A stretch of DNA of 34,882 bases from a bacterium (GCA_041640655.1 JBEPZV010000028.1:1-34882); one strand, 5' to 3'; positions 9,355 to 18,923 are shown, counted from the first letter of the stretch. Notes: generated from the letters alone by a model not told the origin. Translations and numbers: made by a program.

Positions 9355-10271
9355 TGCGCGTGCGCGTTCCTTCTTTCGCGAAGATCAACTGGATGTTGGA
9401 GGTGCTCGGCGCGCGCCCGGATGGGTATCATGAGGTGCGCACGGTGTTGCAAACCGTTGACTTGACCGATGTCCTCGACGTGGAGCGGACCGAGGAGGAG
9501 ATCGAAGTCCTCTGCGCTCATCCGGATGTTCCCGAGGGCGAAGCGAACCTCGTCTTTCGCGCCGCTCATCTGCTTCGGCGCGCGAAGGGGGTGAAGGCTG
9601 GCGCCCGAATTCGGATCGAGAAGCGAATTCCCGTGGCGGCGGGGCTGGGCGGCGGCAGCAGCAATGCGGCCGTCGCGCTGTTGGCGCTGGCGCGCCTGTG
9701 GGGGGTCGCGCTTGAGGTGGGGGAGCAACTTGAGCTGGGGCGCGCACTCGGCTCCGACGTCCCCTTCTTCCTGCTGGGGGGGACGGCGCTGGGGATCGGA
9801 CGCGGGGACGAGGTCTACCCGTTGCCGGAGGTGCGCGCCGGTCTGCTGGTGCTCGCCAATCCGGGCTTCCCCATCGCCACGGCGTGGGCCTATCGGCAAT
9901 TGACAAAGCGAGGTACAGTCGGTAACATTTCGGTTTGCTCAAGGGCATGGCATCGCGCTGTGAGGGAGGGGGATCCCCCGCCCCTCTCCGAGATCGTCGT
10001 GGGGAATGCTTTCGAGGAGATCGTGCGAGAGCGGTATCCGGAGCTGGCGCGCGGGCTCGATCGGATGCGGGAGTTGGGGGCGGTGGCCGTGGGCCTCTCG
10101 GGCAGCGGGCCGACAATCTTCGGGGTCTTCGACAGCGAGAGCACCGCGATCCGAGCGGAGGTCGCCTTCGCGACTCTCGGATGGTGGCGCGCGCGGACTC
10201 AGACGGTGAGTCGCCGGCAGTATTGGGAGCGCCTGTCGGCCGCCCTCTCGACTGAGGCGAGCCGCCCTTGA
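9351..10271 (+). CDS. ispE: 4-diphosphocytidyl-2-C-methyl-D-erythritol kinase
   Basis: AKINWML, RPDGYHE, KRIPVAAGLGGGSSNAA, LGSDVPFF and LSGSGPT motifs. The start may be ATG 9354. Confidence 0.97.
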   Translation: MMRVRVPSFAKINWMLEVLGARPDGYHEVRTVLQTVDLTDVLDVERTEEEIEVLCAHPDVPEGEANLVFRAAHLLRRAKGVKAGARIRIEKRIPVAAGLGGGSSNAAVALLALARLWGVALEVGEQLELGRALGSDVPFFLLGGTALGIGRGDEVYPLPEVRAGLLVLANPGFPIATAWAYRQLTKRGTVGNISVCSRAWHRAVREGDPPPLSEIVVGNAFEEIVRERYPELARGLDRMRELGAVAVGLSGSGPTIFGVFDSESTAIRAEVAFATLGWWRARTQTVSRRQYWERLSAALSTEASRP

Positions 10272-10303
10272 GAGACATTCGGTGTCGGACAGTCGGACAA
10301 TGC

Positions 10304-10378
10304 TGGAGGGTGGTGAAACTGGCATCACACCGGCCTTTGGAGCCGAGGTTGAAGGTTCGAGTCCTTCCCCTCCAGCCA
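10304..10378 (+). tRNA. tRNA-Gln (anticodon TTG)
   Basis: Acceptor stem TGGAGGG/CCCTCCA, D arm GTGA/TCAC, anticodon loop CT-TTG-GA, T arm GAAGG-TTCGAGT-CCTTC, discriminator G and encoded CCA, in the usual ispE-prs position. Confidence 0.96.
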
Positions 10379-10485
10379 TTTCCCTCCTGCGTTCCCGAGG
10401 CATGCGATCCTCGCCTCGAGGTCTGTGGAGCGTCGCGCGGACGAGAGCGTCATGAGCGATTCCCAATGCGGCGAGGGCGAAACCG

Positions 10486-11424
10486 ATGAACGGGATGAAG
10501 ATTTTCTCCGGGAACTCCAATCGAGCCTTGGCGGAGGAGATCTGTCGGTACCTGAAGGTTCCGTTGGGCGACGCCTTCTTGGGGCGCTTCAGCGACGGGG
10601 AGATTCAGTTCCAGATTTTGGAGAACGTGCGTGGCGCCGATGTCTTCGTCATTCAGTCCACGTGCCCTCCGGTGGATTCCAATCTGATGGAGCTGCTCAT
10701 CATGCTGGATGCTTTCCGGCGCGCGTCGGCGCAGCGAATCACGGCTGTGATCCCGTACTTCGGATATGCTCGCCAGGACCGCAAGGATAAGCCGCGCGTG
10801 CCCATCTCGGCCAAGCTCGTGGCCGATTTGCTGACGACGGCTGGGGCCTCGCGCGTGCTGACTATGGATCTGCATGCCGGGCAGATCCAGGGGTTCTTCA
10901 GCATTCCGGTGGATCATCTCTTCGCCGCGCCGGTGCTCGTCGAGTATTTCCGAAAGAAGGCGATCCCGGATCTGGTCGTCGTCTCCCCGGATGCTGGAGG
11001 GGTCGAGCGAGCCCGCGCCTATGCCAAGCGTTTGAATGCCGAGCTGGCCATCATTGACAAGCGGCGCGAACGGGCCAACGTCGCCGAGGTCTTGCACATC
11101 ATTGGGGAGGTTCGGGGGCGCACGGCGCTCATCGTGGACGATATGATTGATACCGCGGGCACGTTGACCGAAGTGGCTCAGGCCTTGCTCGAGGGCGGGG
11201 CGCGCGAGGTCTACGCCTGCTGCACGCACGCGGTCTTCTCCGGACCGGCCATTGAGCGGATCGAGCGCGCGCCGTTGAAGGAGGTCGTCGTGACCAATAC
11301 GATTCCGCTCTCGCCCCGTGGTCAGGAGGTCCCGAAGATCACGTGCTTGAGCGTCGCGCCGCTTCTTGGCGAGGCGATTCGTTCGATCCACGAGGAGACA
11401 TCCGTCAGTCGGCTGTTCATTTGA
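10486..11424 (+). CDS. prs: Ribose-phosphate pyrophosphokinase
   Basis: [35 protein letters not shown] and DDMIDTAGT motifs. Confidence 0.98.
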   Translation: MNGMKIFSGNSNRALAEEICRYLKVPLGDAFLGRFSDGEIQFQILENVRGADVFVIQSTCPPVDSNLMELLIMLDAFRRASAQRITAVIPYFGYARQDRKDKPRVPISAKLVADLLTTAGASRVLTMDLHAGQIQGFFSIPVDHLFAAPVLVEYFRKKAIPDLVVVSPDAGGVERARAYAKRLNAELAIIDKRRERANVAEVLHIIGEVRGRTALIVDDMIDTAGTLTEVAQALLEGGAREVYACCTHAVFSGPAIERIERAPLKEVVVTNTIPLSPRGQEVPKITCLSVAPLLGEAIRSIHEETSVSRLFI

Positions 11425-11458
11425 GGAGCATTCGTGTGGTGTTGAGGAGGGAGGTCGT

Positions 11459-12106
11459 ATGGGGCTGTTGGAGGTGACCATACCGGCGGAGATTCGGACG
11501 CGCCTGGGCAAAGGGGGCGCGCGACAGTTGCGTCGCGCGGGGAAGATTCCGGCGATCCTCTATGGCAGCGCGGAGCCGCCGGTGCCGATCGCCGTGGAGA
11601 AAGGGCGCGTGTTGGAGATCTTCCGCAAGTACGGGCATACGAGCATCTTCTCGCTGGCTCTGGATGGGCGGACCGTGCCCGTGATCATCAAGGATTGGCA
11701 GCTGGATCCAGTCACGGGCATGCTCCTTCATGTGGACTTCCTGCGCGTGGATCTCACCAAGCCCACGCGCGTGAAGGTCCCGGTCGAGGTGGTCGGTGAG
11801 GCCATCGGGGTCCGGCATGGCGGGCTGCTTGACTTCGCGACGCACGAGGTGGAGATCGAGTGCTTGCCGACGGAGATCCCGCCGCGCCTTCAAGTGGACG
11901 TGAGCGCTCTGGAGATCGGCGATCACATCGCGGTAAAGGACCTGCAGCTCGGCGATCGCGTTCGCGTCCTGGATGATCCCGAGCGCGTGATCGTGAGCGT
12001 GCTCGCGCCGCGTGTGGCCGAGGAGGAGGTGGCGGCGCCAACGGCCCCCACCGAACCCGAGGTCATCAAGAAGGGCAAGGCGGAGGAAGCCGAGGAGAAG
12101 GAGTGA
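11459..12106 (+). CDS. rplY: 50S ribosomal protein L25/Ctc (long form)
   Basis: GKGGARQLRRAGKIPAILYG, LLHVDF and C-terminal EPEVIKKGK. Strong GGAGG before ATG 11459. Confidence 0.96.
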   Translation: MGLLEVTIPAEIRTRLGKGGARQLRRAGKIPAILYGSAEPPVPIAVEKGRVLEIFRKYGHTSIFSLALDGRTVPVIIKDWQLDPVTGMLLHVDFLRVDLTKPTRVKVPVEVVGEAIGVRHGGLLDFATHEVEIECLPTEIPPRLQVDVSALEIGDHIAVKDLQLGDRVRVLDDPERVIVSVLAPRVAEEEVAAPTAPTEPEVIKKGKAEEAEEKE

Positions 12107-12122
12107 CGCGGGGGAAAGGGGG

Positions 12123-12767
12123 ATGAAGGCGGTCGTCGGGTTGGGGAATCCGGGCCGGGCCTATGTTCGAACGCGGCACAATCTCGGATTCCGCGTCGTG
12201 GATCGTCTGGCGGAGATCACGGGCGCGGCCCTCGAGCGCGTGGAGGCGGAGGCGCTCGTGGGAGAAGCGCGCATAGCGGATGTCGCCGTCCTTCTGGTCA
12301 AACCGCAGACGTACATGAACCTGAGCGGGCGCGCTGTCGGGGAAGTGGTCCGGCGCTACGGGATCCCGCTGCCGGAGTTATTGGTCGTGCTCGACGACCT
12401 CGATCTCCCGCTGGGGACAATTCGAATTCGGCGGAAGGGGAGCGCGGGCGGCCATCGGGGCCTACAATCGGTGATCGAAGCGCTCTCCAGTTCGGCATTC
12501 CCCCGACTGCGGTTGGGCATTCGACCCATGAGTCCGATCGAGGATACGGTCGCGTTCGTCCTCTCTCCGTTTGAGCCGGATGAGGAGCCAATCGTGGAAG
12601 GGATGATCGAGCGGGCGGTCGCCGCCGTGAGCGTGTGGGTGCGAGAGGGGATCGAGCGGGCGATGGCTGAATTCAATGTCCGACGAAGCGGGCCAGAGGG
12701 GCTGGTCGCCGAGCCGTCTTCGGTCGGACGCGCCGCGCGCGAGGCAGAGGGGGAGGGGAGAGCGTGA
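12123..12767 (+). CDS. pth: Peptidyl-tRNA hydrolase
   Basis: VGLGNPG, TRHNLGF, KPQTYMNLSG, DDLDLP, GSAGGHRG and RLRLGI motifs. Confidence 0.97.
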   Translation: MKAVVGLGNPGRAYVRTRHNLGFRVVDRLAEITGAALERVEAEALVGEARIADVAVLLVKPQTYMNLSGRAVGEVVRRYGIPLPELLVVLDDLDLPLGTIRIRRKGSAGGHRGLQSVIEALSSSAFPRLRLGIRPMSPIEDTVAFVLSPFEPDEEPIVEGMIERAVAAVSVWVREGIERAMAEFNVRRSGPEGLVAEPSSVGRAAREAEGEGRA

Positions 12768-12798
12768 TGGCGAGCGCGCCGGAGAAGGATCCGGCTGA

Positions 12799-12860
12799 CT
12801 CCTCGCTCCGCCCAGTGAGGCGGAGCTGTTCGACGTCAGGAGAACATCCGTGAGGAGGTG
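12799..12860 (+). promoter_or_regulatory. S6:S18 ribosomal-protein autoregulatory leader RNA
   Basis: CTCCTC (12799-12804) pairs with the SD GAGGAG (12852-12857). This stem encloses the hairpins GCTCCGCC/GGCGGAGC and TGTTC/GAACA, with an unpaired CCG (12848-12850) just before the SD strand. Confidence 0.75.
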
Positions 12861-12868
12861 AAGTGGGC

Positions 12869-13282
12869 GTGAGGAAGTACGAGCTACTCTTCATCGTTCG
12901 TCCGACGCTGTCGGATCAGGAGGTCGCCGCCCTCATCGAACAGGTGAAGGGGCATATTGGGAATGTGGGAGCGACGATCACGCAGGTCCAGAACCTCGGG
13001 CGTCGCCAGCTCGCGTACGAGATTGATCATGTGCGCGAGGGGACGTATGTGCTCATGCATTTTGAGGGGAGCGGGGTGGAGATCGCGGAGCTGGATCGCC
13101 GCTTGCGCGTCTCCGATGTCGTCCTGCGCCACATCATCATTCGTATCGACGAAGAGCTCAAGCGCGCGGAGCGGATGAAGCGCCGGCGGCAACGGAAAGC
13201 CGCGCGTCGCGCGCGCGCTGCTTCCCGACCCGCGCGCGAGGGAGCGAAAGGGAAGGGGGGAAGTGGAGAGGAGAAGTCATGA
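12869..13282 (+). CDS. rpsF: 30S ribosomal protein S6
   Basis: RKYELLFIVRP, GRRQLAYEI, EGTYVL and VLRHIIIR motifs. GTG 12869 fits the GGAGGTG spacing better than 12863. Confidence 0.96.
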   Translation: MRKYELLFIVRPTLSDQEVAALIEQVKGHIGNVGATITQVQNLGRRQLAYEIDHVREGTYVLMHFEGSGVEIAELDRRLRVSDVVLRHIIIRIDEELKRAERMKRRRQRKAARRARAASRPAREGAKGKGGSGEEKS

Positions 13283-13313
13283 GGCGAATCTCGCAGGAGG
13301 GAGGTGAGGGAAG

Positions 13314-13583
13314 ATGGCGGCTGCGGAGAATGTGAGTGCTTCGCCGACGACAAGTGCGAGTCCCCCCCAGCGGGTGCGCCGTCGTCGCGAATGCCGGTTC
13401 TGTCGGGAGAAGATTGATCTGATTGACTACAAGGACGTGGAGACGTTGAAGGCATTCACGCCCGAGCGGGGGAAGATCATGCCCCGCCGTCTCTCGGGCG
13501 TGTGCGCGCCGCATCAGCGCATGTTGACGCGCGCCGTCAAGCGCGCGCGCAATATGGCGCTGCTGCCCTATGTGACGGATTGA
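13314..13583 (+). CDS. rpsR: 30S ribosomal protein S18 (zinc-ligand-containing form)
   Basis: CRFC...IDYKDVETL...[19 protein letters not shown]...[13 protein letters not shown]. Confidence 0.97.
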   Translation: MAAAENVSASPTTSASPPQRVRRRRECRFCREKIDLIDYKDVETLKAFTPERGKIMPRRLSGVCAPHQRMLTRAVKRARNMALLPYVTD

Positions 13584-13636
13584 GCGCTCGGGCGGGACAT
13601 CTCCTGACCCGTGAGTTCAGATCGGGAGGGAGAGCG

Positions 13637-14101
13637 ATGGCGACGGTGGAGGTCTTGTTGCGAGAGGACATCGAGCATCTGGGGCGCCGGGGGGAGGTCG
13701 TGCGCGTGAAGGCCGGGTACGCGCGGAACTATCTTCTGCCGCGCGGGCTGGCCGTGCTCGCCACGTCCGCGAACGTGAGGGCGGTCGAGCAGGAGAAGCA
13801 GCTCCTGCAGCGGCGCGAGGCGCGCGAGCGCGCGCAGGCCGAGGCGGTGGTTGAGCGGCTTCGGGATCTGGTGCTCACGTTCCCACGCAAGGTCGGCGAT
13901 CAGGATCTGCTCTTCGGTTCGGTCACAGCGCTGGACATCGCGCAGGCGCTGGCCGAGCGCGGGATCGAGGTGGATCGTCGGAAGATCCTCCTGGAGCATC
14001 CGATCAAGTACCTGGGAGAATACACGATCCCGGTGAAGTTGCATCGCGAGGTGACGGCCGAGGTCAAGATCCAGGTCGTTCGCGAGGAGAGTGAGTCCTG
14101 A
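13637..14101 (+). CDS. rplI: 50S ribosomal protein L9
   Basis: LGRRGEVVRVKAGYARNYLLPRGLA, LFGSVT and VKLHREV motifs. GGGAGG precedes ATG 13637. Confidence 0.97.
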   Translation: MATVEVLLREDIEHLGRRGEVVRVKAGYARNYLLPRGLAVLATSANVRAVEQEKQLLQRREARERAQAEAVVERLRDLVLTFPRKVGDQDLLFGSVTALDIAQALAERGIEVDRRKILLEHPIKYLGEYTIPVKLHREVTAEVKIQVVREESES

Positions 14102-14124
14102 GACCCAGCTCGTCGCCCGAATGT

Positions 14125-14167
14125 GAGGAGGCCCTCGGCGCCGCGCGCATCGTCGGAGGACCTCCTC
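14125..14167. terminator. Imperfect GC-rich hairpin between the convergent rplI and TonB receptor genes
   Basis: GAGGAGGcCCTC-GGCG pairs with CGTCgGAGGaCCTCCTC. There is no U-tract, so terminator function is uncertain. Confidence 0.35.
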
Positions 14168-14171
14168 CGGC

Positions 14172-17168
14172 TCAGAATACGACTTTCACCGCCACCTGCA
14201 GGATGCGCGGATCGAACGTTTCGGTCGGCGTGCCGAAGTCGGCGCGGCGCACGAGCTTCCCAGCATTCGGTCCACTTGTAGCGAGCGTGTAGAGGATCGC
14301 GTTCACGCTCGGCAGGGCTCCGGAGAGGGAGATCGTCCGGAAGTTCGTCCGATTGAGGATGTTGAACCCTTCGAAGATGAGGTGAAGCTTGGCCCGTTCT
14401 CCCAAACCGATCTCGCGCGTCACCCGCGGATCGAGGCTGACGAAGTTGAACCCCCGGAAGGTATTGCGTCCGAAGCCGGGCACACGATCCGTCCGCGCGT
14501 TGGTATCATTATTGAGATCGGTTCCGACGAGCGCCGAGTATGCCGGAGCCGAGTGCGCCGTCAAGATGCCGCTGACGGACCATCCGCCGAGGATAGCGCG
14601 CGCAGCGCGATTCTGAAGGTTGCGCGCATAGGCGAGGTCCCAGATCCAACTCAGAACGAATCGCTGGGGGATGTCCGTATAGCTGATCCCACGATCGTCG
14701 CGGAGATTGAAGGGATCTTGCACCTGCTTGGCGTCATCCCCGCTGCTGAAGGCGACGACCGAAGTGGCGTCCGGCGTGTCATCAATCGCTTTTGAGATGG
14801 TGTAGGAGAGAAGGAACTGAACGTTGTGCGAGAATCGCTTTTGGACTTGAAAAGTAGCGCCGTGATAGATCGAATTGGCCGTGCTCTCGAACAGACTGAT
14901 GCGCACGAACTGCGGGAGCAAGCGCCCCGGGAAACGACGGTATGTGCGAATCCCTTCTCCGACCAGCTCGATCTGGGCGAGCACCGGAGGCAGCAGGTTG
15001 ATATTGCGCGTGCGGTGCAGATGCGTTCCCTTGACGGCGAGGTAGCTCGCCGAGATGGAGAGATTCGGCAGGAGCTCGTATTCGAGTCCGAAGCTCCCTT
15101 GCTGGACGTACGGATTCACGTAATCCGGAGCGAAAACGAAGATGCTCGGTGGGGAGGGGATGCCCCCCGCAGGGGGGCGATCAAAGCGCTGGGGATACGT
15201 CGGCACGAGGTCACCGGTGAACGTGAGCACGCGCACGTTGATGGCGTTTTGTGAGTGAGCTTGAGCGGCCATGATCGAAGGCGTCCGTGCGTAGAAAATG
15301 CCGTAGCCACCACGGATCACCAAGCGATGGCTCGCGAGCGGACTCCAGGCGAAGCCGAAGCGCGGGGCGACATTGTTCGTATCCAGATTGATGCGATCAG
15401 TCCGCAGGCCGAGGGCCGCCAGGCCCGGATCCGGATTCCGCGTCGGCGGATCGGCGATGTCCTGCAGGTCGTAGCGAATCCCGACGTTGAGCGTGAGACG
15501 CGGAGTCACGCGCCAATCATCCTGGAAGAAACCCGCAAATTCGCTATTGTGAGGGAAGGTGAGCGGCCCCGTCGTCCCCTCTCCAGCGAAGGCTTGAACA
15601 TAGCGTGAGGGACGGCCCGTCGCGAATTGGGCGAGGCTGTCGAAGAAGTATTGCCCCCCAAACTGTCCCGGGAAGAAGTTCTTGATGCGATCAATGTTGA
15701 TGTCCACGCCGAGCTTGATCCCGTGACGTCCGATCAAGGCGGAGAGGTTGTTGACGATCTGATACCGGCGGATCGTCGTCTCGCGCGGGCTGAAGAAATT
15801 GCGCCCGATCGTCAGCACGACGCGCCCACGTTCGCGGATCTCCGCCTCGGGCTTGTCGCTGTTGGCCTTGCCCGGTTGTTTATCGCGCGCGATCTGAAGG
15901 CGAAATTCGTTCGCCCATCGAGTCGTGAGCGTTGAGCTGAGGGAGAGCGTGAGCGTGTCCGTCTGCACTAAGCTGTCTCCTGTGTGTTCCAGAGCGCTCG
16001 TCTGCCCAGGATTCTCCAGGTTCCCCCCAGTGAAGCGCTGCGCATTATATCGCCCGCTCAGGCGATGGGCGGTCGAGATCTGCCAGTCGCCCTTCCCCAT
16101 GAAGACATCCTGATCGAACGTGCGCGTGTAGCTCTGCGCGAAGGCCAAAAGCGATTGGAAAGCGCGTTGTGAATCTGGATCTGAAGGGGGGACGAATCCC
16201 GGCCCTCCAGGGATGACGACATTCGGGAGTTTTTGCCGCTGGCCATCGTAGAGGAAGAAGAAGAACGCTTTGTCTTTGCTGATGGGACCTCCAACATTAC
16301 CGCCAAATTGGTTGATGTGGAATGGAGGTTTCGGCAGACGGCGCGCGTTGCTGAAGAAGTCCGTAGCGTTGAGCGCCTTATCGCGGTAGTACCAGAAGGC
16401 CGTGCCGTGAAATTCATTCGTGCCCGACTTGGTTACGACGTTGATGACGGCTCCTCCGGCTCGACCGAACTCCGCCGAATAGCTGTTCGTGTTGACCTGG
16501 AACTCCTTGACCGCGTCAATACTGAACTGATAGGGAGCGCGCCCGGAACCCGTGCGGCCAAGCGTCTGGCCGAAGAACGTGTTGTTATTATCCACGCCAT
16601 CGATCTGCAGGCTATTGAGCGGTCCACGCAATCCCCCAAAGCTGAGATCACCGGCGCGATGGTCGCGCGTCACGCCCGGCGTCAAGAGAACGAAATCGAG
16701 GAAATTGCGACCCTGAGCGGGCAGATTGGCGACGGCGATGTCGCCGACTGACGTGGCGACGTGCGTGCGGGTGACGTCAACAGTCGGAGGCTCAGCCGTC
16801 ACCGTCACGGTCTCCGCAACAGCCGCTGCTTGAAGCGTGAGATCAAGGGTGAGCGTTTGCCCAACCGTGAGCCGAATGCCGCTTCGCTTGAGCGTGGCAA
16901 AGCCCGGAGCTTCTGCAATGAGCTCATACTCGCCGACCGGCAAGAGCGGCAGGTAATAGTATCCGACCTCATTAGTCCGCGTCGTGCGCTCCAGTCCGGT
17001 ATTCACGTTCCGCACGGTGACCACAACATTTGGGATCACAGCTCCTGTCTGATCCGTGATGGTTCCTTTGAGAGCTGCGTCGGCAGCCTGAGCGCAGACC
17101 ACTCCCATCAGTCCTCCGAGAAGAACAATCCCCCTGCACAATCTCTGTGGGAATCTCACTCGCCGCAT
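14172..17168 (-). CDS. TonB-dependent outer-membrane receptor (Oar-like, with an N-terminal carboxypeptidase-regulatory-like domain)
   Basis: LKGTITDQTGAVIP, GRNFLDFVLLTPGV, VKEFQVNTNSYSAEFGRAGGAVINVVTKSGTNEFHG, QDDWRVTPRLTLNVGIRY, APRFGFAW and a terminal F. GAGGAGGAG precedes ATG 17168. Confidence 0.95.
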   Translation of the reverse strand: MRRVRFPQRLCRGIVLLGGLMGVVCAQAADAALKGTITDQTGAVIPNVVVTVRNVNTGLERTTRTNEVGYYYLPLLPVGEYELIAEAPGFATLKRSGIRLTVGQTLTLDLTLQAAAVAETVTVTAEPPTVDVTRTHVATSVGDIAVANLPAQGRNFLDFVLLTPGVTRDHRAGDLSFGGLRGPLNSLQIDGVDNNNTFFGQTLGRTGSGRAPYQFSIDAVKEFQVNTNSYSAEFGRAGGAVINVVTKSGTNEFHGTAFWYYRDKALNATDFFSNARRLPKPPFHINQFGGNVGGPISKDKAFFFFLYDGQRQKLPNVVIPGGPGFVPPSDPDSQRAFQSLLAFAQSYTRTFDQDVFMGKGDWQISTAHRLSGRYNAQRFTGGNLENPGQTSALEHTGDSLVQTDTLTLSLSSTLTTRWANEFRLQIARDKQPGKANSDKPEAEIRERGRVVLTIGRNFFSPRETTIRRYQIVNNLSALIGRHGIKLGVDINIDRIKNFFPGQFGGQYFFDSLAQFATGRPSRYVQAFAGEGTTGPLTFPHNSEFAGFFQDDWRVTPRLTLNVGIRYDLQDIADPPTRNPDPGLAALGLRTDRINLDTNNVAPRFGFAWSPLASHRLVIRGGYGIFYARTPSIMAAQAHSQNAINVRVLTFTGDLVPTYPQRFDRPPAGGIPSPPSIFVFAPDYVNPYVQQGSFGLEYELLPNLSISASYLAVKGTHLHRTRNINLLPPVLAQIELVGEGIRTYRRFPGRLLPQFVRISLFESTANSIYHGATFQVQKRFSHNVQFLLSYTISKAIDDTPDATSVVAFSSGDDAKQVQDPFNLRDDRGISYTDIPQRFVLSWIWDLAYARNLQNRAARAILGGWSVSGILTAHSAPAYSALVGTDLNNDTNARTDRVPGFGRNTFRGFNFVSLDPRVTREIGLGERAKLHLIFEGFNILNRTNFRTISLSGALPSVNAILYTLATSGPNAGKLVRRADFGTPTETFDPRILQVAVKVVF

Positions 17169-17226
17169 AAGCTCCTCCTCATCGGATCTCTCCGGCACGT
17201 TGATTCGCCTAATACGCACGCCAGAA

Positions 17227-17255
17227 GGTGTAGCAGGTAGCCTCCGGTGTGTCAA
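17227..17255 (-). promoter_or_regulatory. Putative sigma70-type promoter for the TonB-dependent receptor
   Basis: Minus strand: TTGACA, 17-nt spacer ending in TGc, then TACACC (imperfect -10 with an extended TG). Confidence 0.45.
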
Positions 17256-17732
17256 TGCAGGAGGCGGCGTGGTTCCCGGTGGTCGTTGATCAGCTGGCCA
17301 TCAAGCAGATGGTCATGAAATTCCGCAGCTGATGGCGTTCTTTGCAGGGCTCTCGCGGACATTTGGGCAGCCAAGGCGAGAGCAGCAGCGGCATGGGCGA
17401 GGGCGCTCATTGGGCGCGGTGAAGGCCGCCTCGGCGTCATGGTTATAGCGCAGGGATGTTCGACTGATCCCGTGGGCTTGAGCGGAGACCGATCGCGTGG
17501 GGGCATCCCTCCGAATGCCCTGCGTGTACCGGTCGGCCTTATCTGGTTGGCACAAGCTTTCAGCTCACGGAGGTTACTCCTTGACAGAGCGCGCTGATCT
17601 GTCGGCTGCGTTCCGGATGGTTTTTCAGGACGCCCTCCGAGCTCGCGTTCATCCTGGCTCCGATCTCGATCGGACAGCAGAGGGGGATGTTCGTCCAGTG
17701 CTCTGGATTGCAGTATAATGCCTCATCGGGAC

Positions 17733-18923
17733 ATGATGATTGATGGCATTCTCTTGGCGGCGGGGCTCTCGCGGCGATTCGGACGACCGAAGCAACTGGT
17801 GGAATGGCGGGGGAAGCCGCTCGTCCGGCACGTGGCGGAGACGGCGTTAGCCTCTCGGCTGCGGCATGTCGTCGTCGTCCTCGGTCATGCGGCCCTTGAG
17901 GTGCGTCGCGCATTGGCGCCCCTTCTGCCGAATCCGCGTCTTCGCATCGTCTTCAATGCTGAATATGAGGAGGGACAGGCCAGCTCCATTCGTCGCGGAT
18001 TGCGCGCGCTCGAGCCCGGAGCGGATGCGGCGATGTTCCTCACGTGTGATCAGCCGTTGCTCACCCCCGCTCTGCTGGATGCGCTCATTGAAGCCTTCGT
18101 TCGGCATCGCCCTCTGATCTGCTATCCCGTTCACGAGGGGATGCGGGGGAGTCCGGTGATCTTCGCCGCCGCATTGTTCCCGGAGCTTCAGGCGCTCTCG
18201 GGCGATGTCGGGGGGCGCGTCCTGATCGAGAAGTATCGGGCTCGCGTGCACGAGCAGAAGATTCCGTCCGCCGAGCCACTCGCGGACGTGGATACGCCGG
18301 ATGATCTTCGTGCTCTGGCAGACGAGGCTGATCCGCCGGGAGGGACTCGCGTGACCTCACGTGGGTCATCGCGCTCGCTGCGCGCCGAGGGGAGCACTTC
18401 TGCGGGGGAAGTGCGCGCGGTCTCCCTCCCCTTCCCCGATCCTGTGCCGGATGCCGCCGATGTTCTCGTCGTCTGCGACGGGAGCAGTCGGCGTCTGCCG
18501 TCTGGAGAACGTCGCGCGGCGGCCGCCGCGATTGTGAAGCGGGGATCGGATGTCGCGATCGTCGGCGAATATTTGGGCGCGGCGACCAATCAGCAAGCGG
18601 AGATCGTGGCGGCTTGCTTGGGTTTGGAGGCGCTCGCGGCGCCCTCTCGCGTGCGCGTGCTCACGGACTCCGCATACGTGGTGCGCACGATGCAAGGGCT
18701 CTATAAGCGGCGGGCGAATCACGCTCTGTGGGAGCGCTTGGAGCGCGCGGCTCGGCCCCATGTGGTCGCGTGGGTGTGGACGCCGGGGCATGCGGGACAT
18801 CCGCTGCAGGAGGTGTGCGATCGCGCCGCGCGACTCATCTCCCGAGAGGGTCGGGTGGATCCGGCGAAGTTAACGGCGCTTCTTGATCGCCATTTCGCGT
18901 CGCGTGAATCGGCACCCGAGTGA
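17733..18923 (+). CDS. Fusion of a MocA/MobA-like nucleotidyltransferase and ribonuclease HI
   Basis: N-half has ILLAAGLSRRFGRPKQL, GQASSI, CDQP, GDVGGR and DVDTPDDL. C-half has CDGSS, TNQQAEI, LTDSAYV and GHAGHPLQEVCDRAAR. TATAAT at 17714-17719 favours ATG 17733 or 17736 over 17718. Confidence 0.88.
   Translation: MMIDGILLAAGLSRRFGRPKQLVEWRGKPLVRHVAETALASRLRHVVVVLGHAALEVRRALAPLLPNPRLRIVFNAEYEEGQASSIRRGLRALEPGADAAMFLTCDQPLLTPALLDALIEAFVRHRPLICYPVHEGMRGSPVIFAAALFPELQALSGDVGGRVLIEKYRARVHEQKIPSAEPLADVDTPDDLRALADEADPPGGTRVTSRGSSRSLRAEGSTSAGEVRAVSLPFPDPVPDAADVLVVCDGSSRRLPSGERRAAAAAIVKRGSDVAIVGEYLGAATNQQAEIVAACLGLEALAAPSRVRVLTDSAYVVRTMQGLYKRRANHALWERLERAARPHVVAWVWTPGHAGHPLQEVCDRAARLISREGRVDPAKLTALLDRHFASRESAPE

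Noticed and set aside
10329..10345. C-A mismatch at the top of the tRNA-Gln anticodon stem
   Set aside because: A single 27-43 mismatch is tolerated and all other tRNA features are intact. No integrase or att duplication follows the tRNA.
12869..14101. No ssb between rpsF and rpsR, and a basic S6 tail
   Set aside because: To my knowledge this arrangement is ordinary in several phyla, including Acidobacteriota.
17252..17506. Possible leader peptide for the TonB receptor
   Set aside because: No RAPP-like or Cys motif near its end, no SD, and a candidate promoter lies between it and the receptor.
17548..17562. TGGCAC as a sigma54 promoter
   Set aside because: The -12 position reads TTCA rather than TTGC.
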